From: a virus | Length of the DNA: 64,000 bases | IMG/VR virus record: IMGVR_UViG_3300047318_000482 | Location: 1-64,000 of that record | Reading direction: 5' to 3' (one strand) | Shown: one piece after another, positions 26,609 through 34,531 of the stretch | Position numbering within the stretch: the stretch's first letter is position 1 | Layout of the letters: each line of letters starts with the position of its first letter | Translations under genes and position numbers: made by a program | The notes under the pieces: generated by a model | Databases searched by the model: none | What the model was told of the DNA's origin: nothing | The model's input: only the letters and a program-made list of their open reading frames with translations

Positions 26609-27031
26609 ATGAACACCACCACCAGGAAGACCAACCGCAAGTGCTGGAACTGCAACCAGCCCGCCTCGCACGTCATGACCCGCGAGGGCTCCAACACCCT
26701 GCACGCCTGCGACAACTGCACCCGCATCGACCGCGCGGAGGCTGAGCGTCTGGGGTGGACCATCGAGACGATCATCAGACACCGCGCCAACCAGTCCGAG
26801 ACGACAGTGCAAAAGATGGCCGCCAAGCTGAGCGACGAGGCCCTGTGCCTCGCGTGGATGGCCACGGAGGGACAGCCCGTCACCCAGGAACTCGCCATCG
26901 TGCGCGGCTGGATCATGGACGAGCTGAACCAGCGCCTCGGCGACGGCCTGTTCGACGAGTGGCTGATCGCCACCGACGACAACGGCAACGGCGTCAACCC
27001 GATTGCCTTCCTCGCAACCAAAGGAAAGTGA
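26609..27031 (+). CDS. Hypothetical protein with N-terminal CxxC...CxxC (140 aa)
   Basis: CWNC, CDNC; AGGGGAG RBS. Confidence 0.65.
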   Translation: MNTTTRKTNRKCWNCNQPASHVMTREGSNTLHACDNCTRIDRAEAERLGWTIETIIRHRANQSETTVQKMAAKLSDEALCLAWMATEGQPVTQELAIVRGWIMDELNQRLGDGLFDEWLIATDDNGNGVNPIAFLATKGK

Positions 27032-27110
27032 CCGCCAGGCATGATGTGGTGCCCCGGCTGAAGCAAGCAGCCGGGGCACCACCCAGACGGTACCGAAGCA
27101 GGAGGCAATC

Positions 27111-27578
27111 ATGACGACTCAACCGCAGCCCTCTGAGCAGGAGGCAGCAGCCACTTTCGCCCGCGAGTGCACCGATCTCGCGGAAGTCGTCCTTTGGTGC
27201 GCCGACCGAGTGCGGTGGGTTGATGAGAGCCCGGCCGTACAGGACGCGGCCGACTACCTACACGACCTCTCCGTCAGGGCGCGGGCTGACATGACACCAA
27301 TTACAGGCTGGCACGGGCCTGACAGGCCGAACATCATTCGTTGGTGCGCGCAGGAGATCCACTCCATGGGCGGCGACCACAACGTAGAGAGGGCCGCCGA
27401 GTACCTGGACGACCTTGCCGTTGAAGCACAGGAGGCACGGGACGAGGTGGAGGCTCAGGCGCACCTGGACGCTCTCGTGCCGCTTGCCGAGAGCCTGACC
27501 GCTTGCGGGTGCACCACGGGTTCGCCAGGCATGTACGAAGGCCCGGCCCGGGATTGCCACCTCCACGGCGAGAAGTGA
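27111..27578 (+). CDS. Hypothetical protein with internal duplication (155 aa)
   Basis: AGGAGG RBS; WCA..V/I.......V..AA(D/E)YL.DL.V.A occurs twice. Confidence 0.65.
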   Translation: MTTQPQPSEQEAAATFARECTDLAEVVLWCADRVRWVDESPAVQDAADYLHDLSVRARADMTPITGWHGPDRPNIIRWCAQEIHSMGGDHNVERAAEYLDDLAVEAQEARDEVEAQAHLDALVPLAESLTACGCTTGSPGMYEGPARDCHLHGEK

Positions 27579-27589
27579 GGACACCGACC

Positions 27590-27988
27590 ATGGCAGACGC
27601 TGGAACCGACCTCTGGAACGTGCAGAAGTTCGACCAGATCCTGCGTGTGTACACCACCCTTGAAGCGGCCAAAGACCATGGCGAACACATCATCCGCCAC
27701 CACTACCAAGACGCCATGGACCGCCGCCGCGTGCCCGAGTCCCACCGTGCCATCGACTGGCGCATCTACTGCTGCGGCCACCTCTACGGCCCCGGCCAGT
27801 TCAACCACACCGCCTACCCCGAGACGCATGCGGAAGGATGCTGGCGGACAGAGCCCACGACGCTCTGCCTGCGCCCGTTCTGGGTCGTCAGCGGTAAGTC
27901 GGCAGGCACTGGACACACGAGTACCGACTGGGAGATCTGGCAGGGCGTGGCTTACGACCGGTTCGACCCGAGCTCAGTACTCGTATAG
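27590..27988 (+). CDS. Hypothetical protein (132 aa)
   Basis: GAGGA RBS, start MADAGT. Confidence 0.6.
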   Translation: MADAGTDLWNVQKFDQILRVYTTLEAAKDHGEHIIRHHYQDAMDRRRVPESHRAIDWRIYCCGHLYGPGQFNHTAYPETHAEGCWRTEPTTLCLRPFWVVSGKSAGTGHTSTDWEIWQGVAYDRFDPSSVLV

Positions 27989-27997
27989 ATCCGCCAC

Positions 27998-28040
27998 CGA
28001 CGGCGCCCGGCCAGGGAATTGGCCGGGCGCCGTCGTTTCT
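27998..28040 (+). terminator. Strong (probably bidirectional) terminator between convergent units
   Basis: CGACGGCGCCCGGCCA-GGGAAT-TGGCCGGGCGCCGTCG-TTTCT, 16-bp perfect stem. Confidence 0.8.
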
Positions 28041-28045
28041 GCACC

Positions 28046-28204
28046 CTACTTCTTGGCCTGTAGCGCGAGGACGGGGGCGTGGCAGACGACGCAGAGCGGG
28101 CAGCCGCCGTACCCGTACCGGTGCGTGGGATGCCCGCAGCCCGCGCACGGGCCGACCTGCGCTGGCGCGCAGACGGGGGCGGGTGGCTTCACGGGTGTGG
28201 TCAT
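28046..28204 (-). CDS. Small Cys-rich protein (52 aa, not in ORF track)
   Basis: MTTPVKPPAPVCAPAQVGPCAGCGHPTHRYGYGGCPLCVVCHAPVLALQAKK; CxxC...CxxCxxC. Confidence 0.55.
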   Translation of the reverse strand: MTTPVKPPAPVCAPAQVGPCAGCGHPTHRYGYGGCPLCVVCHAPVLALQAKK

Positions 28205-28263
28205 GGGGCCATCGTACGTTCCACTTGGGAAACCCTGTCCGTGTCACTCCAGCCCATATGCCT

Positions 28264-28554
28264 TCAGCGATCCTGAATCTGCAGGTAGATCGTCCGCTCG
28301 TCGATCAGGCCGCTGACCGTGGTGATCTGGCAGGCGAGCATGCCCAGGTCGCCAACGGTTCCACCTTCCGCTCGTTGGGTCACGAAGGCGCCGTTCACGA
28401 CTGGCTCCCCGACGACAGTGACTCCCGTAGGGGTGATCACGACCGAATCGATGGTGTCGCCCACCTGCGTCAGCCAGTCGGTCCAGTCCCAGGTGTAGTC
28501 GAGCCGTGCGGCAGGGTCCTTGATGAGGGTGAAGGAGGTGGTCGTGGCGGCCAT
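28264..28554 (-). CDS. Phage fibre-attachment/adaptor protein (96 aa)
   Basis: KDPAARLDYTWDW.DWL...DTI.S...GGT.G....C.ITT.SG.IDERT. Confidence 0.7.
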   Translation of the reverse strand: MAATTTSFTLIKDPAARLDYTWDWTDWLTQVGDTIDSVVITPTGVTVVGEPVVNGAFVTQRAEGGTVGDLGMLACQITTVSGLIDERTIYLQIQDR

Positions 28555-28558
28555 GGGT

Positions 28559-29794
28559 CTACCTCACTGTCAGGGTGCGGTTCTCGGCGGCTACGACGAG
28601 AACCCGCTGTTCGGCGGCGACCACGTGGCGCCGGTTCTCGGCGGGGATCTTGAAGGTTCGTTCCGGGCTGGGTACGACGGTGGACGCCTCGGTGAGCGGG
28701 CGCGCTGCGTCGATCTCCAGGGCGGGGATCAGCGTTGCGGTCTTGGCCCCGGTGAGCGGGAGTGCCGTCTCCGAACTGGCGGCGGTGGGCAGCGTGGTGG
28801 CCGCGTTCAGTTGCTGGGCCTCCTCGCCAGCACCGGCGGCGAGGAGGGTGGCCGTCTTCATGCCGGTGAGGGCCTGCGCTGTGTCCTGCGCGATGGCCGG
28901 CGTGAGAGTGGCGGTCTTGGCCCCGGTGAGCGGCAGTGCCGATTCCGTCGCGCCCGCGGATGCAATGGCGGCGGACTTCGCTCCGGACAGGGCCTGCGCC
29001 CCATCCTGTTGAGCAGCCGGGGTAAGCACTCCCGCCTTGGCTCCGGTGATGGCCTGTGCTGCGTCGGCTGCGCCGGCCGGGGTGAGCGTCGCCGTCTTGC
29101 CGCCGATGAGAGTCTGGGCGGTGCCCTGCTGTGCGGCCAGAACGAGTGTCGCGGCCTTCGTCCCGGCAAGGGTCTGTGCGGTGCCTGCTTCTGTGGCGGG
29201 GGTGAGCGTGGCCGCCTTCGTTCCCGTGAGCGGCTGTGCGGTCTCGGCGCTGCTGGAGGTACTGAGGGTGGCGCCAGCGGTGATATCGGCGGCGGTGAAG
29301 TCGTCGAACCTCAGCGCGGACACGGACTCGGCGCGCAGGCCGACGCTCGTGCCCGTGGGCACGTTGGTGTCGGTGACCGAGATCCGTTCGACCCCGTTGA
29401 CGAATGCTTTGATGGTGCTGCCGACGGCTTGGACCTTGGCGACGTCTCCGGCGACGGCGGCGACGGCGTAGGTGCCGATGACGGTGAAAGAGCCGCCGAC
29501 GACATGGAAGAGGTTCCAGGAAGATCCGTCGTTCCTGAACAGGTAGCCCGAGGTGATGTTGCTGTTGCCGCGGATCCACAGCCCGTGGCTGGCCGCCGTG
29601 GTGGCGGCCATGGTGACCTGCGCGTAGTGATCGTTGGACGCCATCGCCCCGGCGGCACGCAGGATGATCGTGCCGCCTGCGCTGCCCGATGAGAGCCGGT
29701 TGGAGATGATCGACCAGTCGCCGGACACCTCGACCCAGCCGACCCCCAAGGAGGTGGAGTCGGCGCGATCAAAGTTGTCGCTGAAGCTGGTCAC
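28559..29794 (-). CDS. Fibre/whisker protein: N-terminal lectin-like beta-sandwich plus ~22-aa Ala/Thr-rich repeats
   Basis: FSDNFDRAD...FDDFTA domain; repeats of AQ.LTGAKTATL.PA. Confidence 0.7.
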   Translation of the reverse strand: MTSFSDNFDRADSTSLGVGWVEVSGDWSIISNRLSSGSAGGTIILRAAGAMASNDHYAQVTMAATTAASHGLWIRGNSNITSGYLFRNDGSSWNLFHVVGGSFTVIGTYAVAAVAGDVAKVQAVGSTIKAFVNGVERISVTDTNVPTGTSVGLRAESVSALRFDDFTAADITAGATLSTSSSAETAQPLTGTKAATLTPATEAGTAQTLAGTKAATLVLAAQQGTAQTLIGGKTATLTPAGAADAAQAITGAKAGVLTPAAQQDGAQALSGAKSAAIASAGATESALPLTGAKTATLTPAIAQDTAQALTGMKTATLLAAGAGEEAQQLNAATTLPTAASSETALPLTGAKTATLIPALEIDAARPLTEASTVVPSPERTFKIPAENRRHVVAAEQRVLVVAAENRTLTVR

Positions 29795-29796
29795 GG

Positions 29797-30243
29797 CTAC
29801 GCGGTGGAGCTGGCCCGGAAGAAGTCGGCGCCTGACAGGGTGAAGGCGTTCCCGTCGGGCGACCAGGTCAGGTCGTGCTTGGTGAGCGGGATCAGGTCGG
29901 AGTCGGTGCCCGTGGTGGTGTCCGGGTCGTAGCAGATGACGACCGCGCCGATGGCGTTCCCGGTCGGCGAGGACCAGACGACGCTTGCCATGGCCAGGGC
30001 GACGCGGTCGTTGGTGTCATCGACCGTGACGGTGACACCGGTCAAGGGCTTGCGGCCGACGGTGGACTGTTCGTTCGTGGTTCCGGCGACGACGGCGGCG
30101 AAGTCGTCCTTGTCGCGCAGGACGGCATCGCTCTCCAGACCGCTGGATTCCAGGGGGATCAGGACGAGGCCGTCGTTCGCGGCGGGGAGCCCTGCGTAGT
30201 AGGCGAGCTTGGCGAGGGCGGTGTTGAAGACGATGCTGGCCAT
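29797..30243 (-). CDS. Fibre-module structural protein (148 aa)
   Basis: Beta-rich; precedes the fibre gene; GGAG RBS. Confidence 0.65.
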   Translation of the reverse strand: MASIVFNTALAKLAYYAGLPAANDGLVLIPLESSGLESDAVLRDKDDFAAVVAGTTNEQSTVGRKPLTGVTVTVDDTNDRVALAMASVVWSSPTGNAIGAVVICYDPDTTTGTDSDLIPLTKHDLTWSPDGNAFTLSGADFFRASSTA

Positions 30244-30274
30244 GGTCACTCCAGTTCTTGCGGTCGATGCGGCG

Positions 30275-30589
30275 TTACGGGGTCGAGGAGGGGGACGGGG
30301 TGGGGGTGGGCACGGTGGAGCAGATCTTGTCGGCGGCCGTACGGACGGCGTCGGACACCTTCGCCGCAGCGTCGGCGCGGAGGATTGCCCACAAGGCGCA
30401 GGTGAGTTGCTGCTGGTCGGTGCGCTGGGCCAGGCCGGTGGTCTGCCCGGAGCGGAGGGTGGCGAGACGGTCTTGGGCCTTGGTGTTCTGCCAGACGAGC
30501 AGGCCGGCCAGGCACAGCATCACGACCACCACGACAGCGATGACGGGGGTGGTGTCATGCCGGGGGCGGCGCAGGGAGGGGATGGCCAT
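30275..30589 (-). CDS. Single-TM membrane protein in the lysis cassette
   Basis: VIAVVVVVMLCLAGLLVW helix; AGGAGG RBS; two C-terminal Cys. Confidence 0.65.
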   Translation of the reverse strand: MAIPSLRRPRHDTTPVIAVVVVVMLCLAGLLVWQNTKAQDRLATLRSGQTTGLAQRTDQQQLTCALWAILRADAAAKVSDAVRTAADKICSTVPTPTPSPSSTP

Positions 30590-30604
30590 GGTGGCCTCCT
30601 TTCG

Positions 30605-31234
30605 TCAGTGGGCTACCAGGCGCAGAAGGCCGCCTAGCAGGGAGGTGTCGGAGGGGGACGGGGATGCGGTCGGGGTGGGGCTGGTCGTGGTGGTGCGGCG
30701 GCAGACGAGGGTTTCGGGATCGTCCGGGGAGGGTTGGAGGGTGTAGCCGTCGGGGCAGGTCTGGCCGTCCTTGCCGTCGGCGCCGTCCGTCCCGTCCTGT
30801 CCACTGGTGCCGTCGCTGCCGTTCACGCCGTCCTGTCCTGCCGCTCCGGACGGGCCGGCGGCGCCAGGCTGACCGGTCGGGCCGGGTGAGCCGTCCGGTC
30901 CCGGGGCCCCAGCGGGTCCAGGCGGGCCGGGCACGGTGGACGTCGGCCCGGGTGAACCGGTGTCGCCCTGCTCGCCCTTCTCCCCCGGACTGCCCGGGGA
31001 TCCGGTGGCGTTCTGACCGGGCTTCCCGGCCGGGCCGGTAACGGGGGTGCCGCCGAGGCGGCGGACCTGTGCGGCCAGAGCGTCGCGGGCCTCGAGTGCG
31101 TCGTGGAGGGATGCGGACAGGTCCCGCATCGTGACGACGATCCACCCCAGTACGGAGATCAGTAAGGCGACGCCGACCACCCAGACCACGTCGATGCGCC
31201 GTCTGCGCCGCCGGGACGCCGGACTCTCCCTCAC
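30605..31234 (-). CDS. Membrane-anchored collagen-like protein
   Basis: TM helix, short coiled coil, long Gly-X-Y tract, CPDGY...C cap. Confidence 0.8.
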   Translation of the reverse strand: MRESPASRRRRRRIDVVWVVGVALLISVLGWIVVTMRDLSASLHDALEARDALAAQVRRLGGTPVTGPAGKPGQNATGSPGSPGEKGEQGDTGSPGPTSTVPGPPGPAGAPGPDGSPGPTGQPGAAGPSGAAGQDGVNGSDGTSGQDGTDGADGKDGQTCPDGYTLQPSPDDPETLVCRRTTTTSPTPTASPSPSDTSLLGGLLRLVAH

Positions 31235-31244
31235 GATCTCTCCC

Positions 31245-31589
31245 TCACGATGACCCCTTACTGGCCAGGTAGACCTGCAGCAGCAAGAGCAGGAGGGGGG
31301 CGACGAGAGCGGTCAGCATCAGCCGTTTGTCGCCTGCTCTGCGGTTCTCCATTTCGCGCTGGTCCTGCTGCCGCTGCTGCGTTTCGCGTTCTCGGGCCTT
31401 CTCGATCTCGGTGATCCGGTTGACGGCTGCGGCATGCCGGTCGTCCTGGGCCTGCTGCTGCAGGGCCAGAAGGCTGGCGTCGACCTTGGTGTCCAGGCGC
31501 CCCGCGAGGGTGCGCATGTCGTCCTTGAGGTCCTCGAATCCGGCGTCGAGGCGACGAGCCAGCTCCCCGTTGGTCGGCTCGTCGCCCAC
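31245..31589 (-). CDS. Coiled-coil protein with C-terminal TM (lysis accessory), 114 aa
   Basis: EPTNGELARRL start; LMLTALVAPLLLLLLQVYL. Confidence 0.7.
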   Translation of the reverse strand: MGDEPTNGELARRLDAGFEDLKDDMRTLAGRLDTKVDASLLALQQQAQDDRHAAAVNRITEIEKARERETQQRQQDQREMENRRAGDKRLMLTALVAPLLLLLLQVYLASKGSS

Positions 31590-31603
31590 AGCGGCTCCTA
31601 AGT

Positions 31604-31966
31604 TCAGGCCTGCACCGACCGCACGGCGGCGGCCGGGACGGGGGCGGTGACCTGGGTCCGGTCCCACATGCCGACGACGATGGTGACCGCGGTCAGGACC
31701 ACGGCCTGCCGCTCCGAGGACCAGTCCAGGCCCAGGCCGACGGCCAGAGCGAGAGCGGCCTGCGCGAAGCCGACCACCGCGGCGCCGACCGCGTCGTGGG
31801 CAATGATGGCGACGAGGACGCCGACGGCGGCCGCGGCCGCACCGTTGACCCAGGCCTGGGTGTCGGCGGAGGCGTTCCAGCCGAACGCGGCCGTCAGCTT
31901 CACGCAGATCGCGATGAGCGCGAGGACCGTGGCGGGCTCACGCCCGAGAATCTTTACCGGGGACAC
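31604..31966 (-). CDS. Holin (multi-TM), 120 aa
   Basis: ILGREP...RTQVTAP ends, 3-4 hydrophobic helices, directly after the endolysin; AAGGAG RBS. Confidence 0.78.
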   Translation of the reverse strand: MSPVKILGREPATVLALIAICVKLTAAFGWNASADTQAWVNGAAAAAVGVLVAIIAHDAVGAAVVGFAQAALALAVGLGLDWSSERQAVVLTAVTIVVGMWDRTQVTAPVPAAAVRSVQA

Positions 31967-32001
31967 TGCGGTCTCCTTCTGAGGGATGGGGCGGGGGGTG
32001 G

Positions 32002-33291
32002 TCAAACCTTGGGAATCTTCAGGAGTGCCCAGGTCTTGGGGCCCGGGTAGCCGTCGGCGTCGTCGCCGGTCCAGCCCTGCGCCTGCTGGAACGCCTGGAC
32101 GCAGCGGCGGTCCGCGTTGGTCCAGTCAGGGCCGGGTCCGGTCGTGTAGTACCGGCCGAAGCCGAGGGCGACCAGGCGCCGTCCCAGCGCGGTGATGATC
32201 GGGCTGTGGCGGCCGCCGTGAAAGAAGGCCTTGCCGGGGAACGGCTCGTACACGGGGGCGGGCTTCGGGGCGGGCTTGGGTGCGGGCTTCTTGGGCAGGG
32301 AGCCGAGGAGTTTGACGAGGCTGGTCGCGCCGGGGACGCCGTCTGCGTCCTGGCCTGCGTTGGTGCCCTTGTAGCCGAGGGACTTCTGGAAGTCGGAGAA
32401 GTTCTTGGTGTCGGCGTCCGCCCATGCCTCGCCCTCGCCGGCCGTGGCGTTCTTCGCGAACCCGGCCTTCGACAGGGCCTTGCGAACCGCGGTGACCTGG
32501 GTGCCCTTGGCGCCGTATCCGTACTCCAGGCCGTTGATGGTGACCTTGTATCGGGCCGGGGTGGAGGCGGTGACGCCGGTGACGGCCGGGTACTTGGGGC
32601 GTCCGTAGCCGGCGATGTCGTGGACGACGCGCACGCGGCGTGCGCAGACGTTCGCGGAGTTGCCCTCGATCGTGTACACGTACTTGCCGTCGCTGGAGAC
32701 GCTGGTGACGACACCGACGTGGTCGATCGCGCCGATCTCGGAGGAGGCGTCCCAGTCGAAGAAGATGATGTCGCCGCGGCGGATCCCGGACTTGAGGATG
32801 CCGTCGGTCATCGGCGTCCACTGCTTGGCCGCGTTGAACGCGGCGGCGTGGGCGACGGTGTACGCGTAGTCCTTGCCGAGGCAGACCGCCCCGTAGTTGT
32901 CGGAGGCGTACGCGCTGACGGTGACGGTGGCGTCGCACCAGGCGAAGTTCCCGGCATACGCGGGGCCGTTGCGTTCGCGGTACCAGTCCTGGATGGCGTT
33001 GGGCTCGCCGGTGCCGAGCCAGGCTTCCATCGCCCGGATCATCTTCTCCAGGCCGCCCGTGTTGCCGCCGAGACTGCGCGGGCTGTCACTGTCCGCGGAA
33101 TCGGGCGACTGGCGCTGGCCGATCGCCTCGAGCCACGGGGCGCCGTAGACGCCGCGGTCGTCGGCGGGGCCGAACTCGGCCGCCAGGAGTTCTTCTTCGG
33201 TCGAGACGGTCGGGCCGTTGCCGGACTGCGTGAGCAGCGCGGCCTGCCGGTCCTGACTGATGTCGTCCTCGAGGGGGCGGGTTTCGCCCAT
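32002..33291 (-). CDS. Endolysin: acidic N-terminal extension, CHAP amidase domain, two peptidoglycan-binding domains
   Basis: AWCDATV, GDIIFFDW, DHVGVV, TIEGNS; FQKSLG...ADGVPG and FQQAQGW.G.DADGYPGPKTW. Confidence 0.9.
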   Translation of the reverse strand: MGETRPLEDDISQDRQAALLTQSGNGPTVSTEEELLAAEFGPADDRGVYGAPWLEAIGQRQSPDSADSDSPRSLGGNTGGLEKMIRAMEAWLGTGEPNAIQDWYRERNGPAYAGNFAWCDATVTVSAYASDNYGAVCLGKDYAYTVAHAAAFNAAKQWTPMTDGILKSGIRRGDIIFFDWDASSEIGAIDHVGVVTSVSSDGKYVYTIEGNSANVCARRVRVVHDIAGYGRPKYPAVTGVTASTPARYKVTINGLEYGYGAKGTQVTAVRKALSKAGFAKNATAGEGEAWADADTKNFSDFQKSLGYKGTNAGQDADGVPGATSLVKLLGSLPKKPAPKPAPKPAPVYEPFPGKAFFHGGRHSPIITALGRRLVALGFGRYYTTGPGPDWTNADRRCVQAFQQAQGWTGDDADGYPGPKTWALLKIPKV

Positions 33292-33325
33292 GGCCGGTTC
33301 TCCTTTTCAGGGGGCGGGGAGGGGG

Positions 33326-34153
33326 TTATCGGGAGGCGTCGAGCCTGGGTTGGACCAAGTCGGTCTGGTCGCGGAGAGCCCGGTAGACGTCCAGGGACAT
33401 GCGGAAGCAGCCCTGGTCCGCCCAAGTCGCTGACCAGGAGTTTTGGACGCGGAGGATGGTGCGGGCGTAGTCGAGGCCGGTGCCGGTGTCGTCGCGGACG
33501 ACGTCCTCGAGGGCGGTGATGCAGACTTCGTGGCCGCCGGCGACGGGCGAGTCCTGCCAGCCGTCGCAGTCGTCGAGCAGGGCGTTCGGGCCGGACGGCT
33601 CGAAGAACGCTTCGTGCCAGGGCAGGCCCATGAGGACCGGGCCGGTCTGCAGGAGCTGGCAGAGCTCCTCGGCGGTGGTGGCGTGCCCGTACTGGTCAAT
33701 CAGGGTGCGGGAGCGCAGTGCTTTGGCGACGCCGAGGCCGGAGGAGCCGCAGTCGTCGTTGGGCCACTGCTGGTCGTGCCACTGGTCGGCGCGGGTGGCT
33801 TCCGCGTACAGGCCGATCGCCCAGCGTTCGGCGGCCGCGCCGTCGTTGACGTCCAGGCCGGCCGCGGCGAGGGTGTCGGCGTCGTGGAGGACGGAGACCA
33901 GCGCGGTCGCCGCGTTGGCGGTGCACGATCCGAGCGCGTCGACGTCGTCGACCCCGTCGGACAGGGTGCTGGTGCGGATGCCCTGGGCGATCAGGTCCTG
34001 CTGGTCCAGGACCGGAATCTTGGGCTGCCAGGCGGTGGGGCGCAGCGAGCCGCCGTCGTAGCGGCGCCGGTAGGCGAGGCTGCGCGGGTCGAGCACGAGG
34101 TGCCGGCCGAGCTGGCCGGTGACGTCGTACTGCTTGATGTCGAGGTCGGGCAC
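33326..34153 (-). CDS. Papain-like (C1) cysteine peptidase, 275 aa
   Basis: LDQ...GSCTANA, GPV..G.PW..F, GGHEVCI, QNSW...W.DQG. Confidence 0.85.
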   Translation of the reverse strand: MPDLDIKQYDVTGQLGRHLVLDPRSLAYRRRYDGGSLRPTAWQPKIPVLDQQDLIAQGIRTSTLSDGVDDVDALGSCTANAATALVSVLHDADTLAAAGLDVNDGAAAERWAIGLYAEATRADQWHDQQWPNDDCGSSGLGVAKALRSRTLIDQYGHATTAEELCQLLQTGPVLMGLPWHEAFFEPSGPNALLDDCDGWQDSPVAGGHEVCITALEDVVRDDTGTGLDYARTILRVQNSWSATWADQGCFRMSLDVYRALRDQTDLVQPRLDASR

Positions 34154-34310
34154 CCGCCCGTGCTCCTGCACTCCCCGCGCCTGAGCTGATGTTCGTGGCG
34201 GACCGCTGTGGTGCGATCGTCCCTCGGGGGGCGGTGCGGTGGCGGGCGGAGGGTCGCCCGGTGATCTCAGGCTACGGCCTGACGGGGCGTGTATTGCCCC
34301 CGCTGCTCGT

Positions 34311-34529
34311 TCAGGGCAGGGGGATCGGGGTGATGGGGAAGATCTGCTCGTGCCGCTCGGCGATGATGGACGCAAAGTCCGGCCCGTTGTCGATGAGCCA
34401 CTGCTGGATGACGTGGGCCAGGGCGGTCTCGTCCACGCGGCCGTTGTCGGACTGCACGTGCACGCTGACGATGGTCGGGTTCTCGTCGTGCACGCTGGGG
34501 CAGGTGAACACGTTGCTCGGGAATTCCAT
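34311..34529 (-). CDS. Small protein after the tail fibre (72 aa), possible fibre chaperone
   Basis: Start 2 nt after the fibre stop. Confidence 0.55.
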   Translation of the reverse strand: MEFPSNVFTCPSVHDENPTIVSVHVQSDNGRVDETALAHVIQQWLIDNGPDFASIIAERHEQIFPITPIPLP

Positions 34530-34531
34530 GA

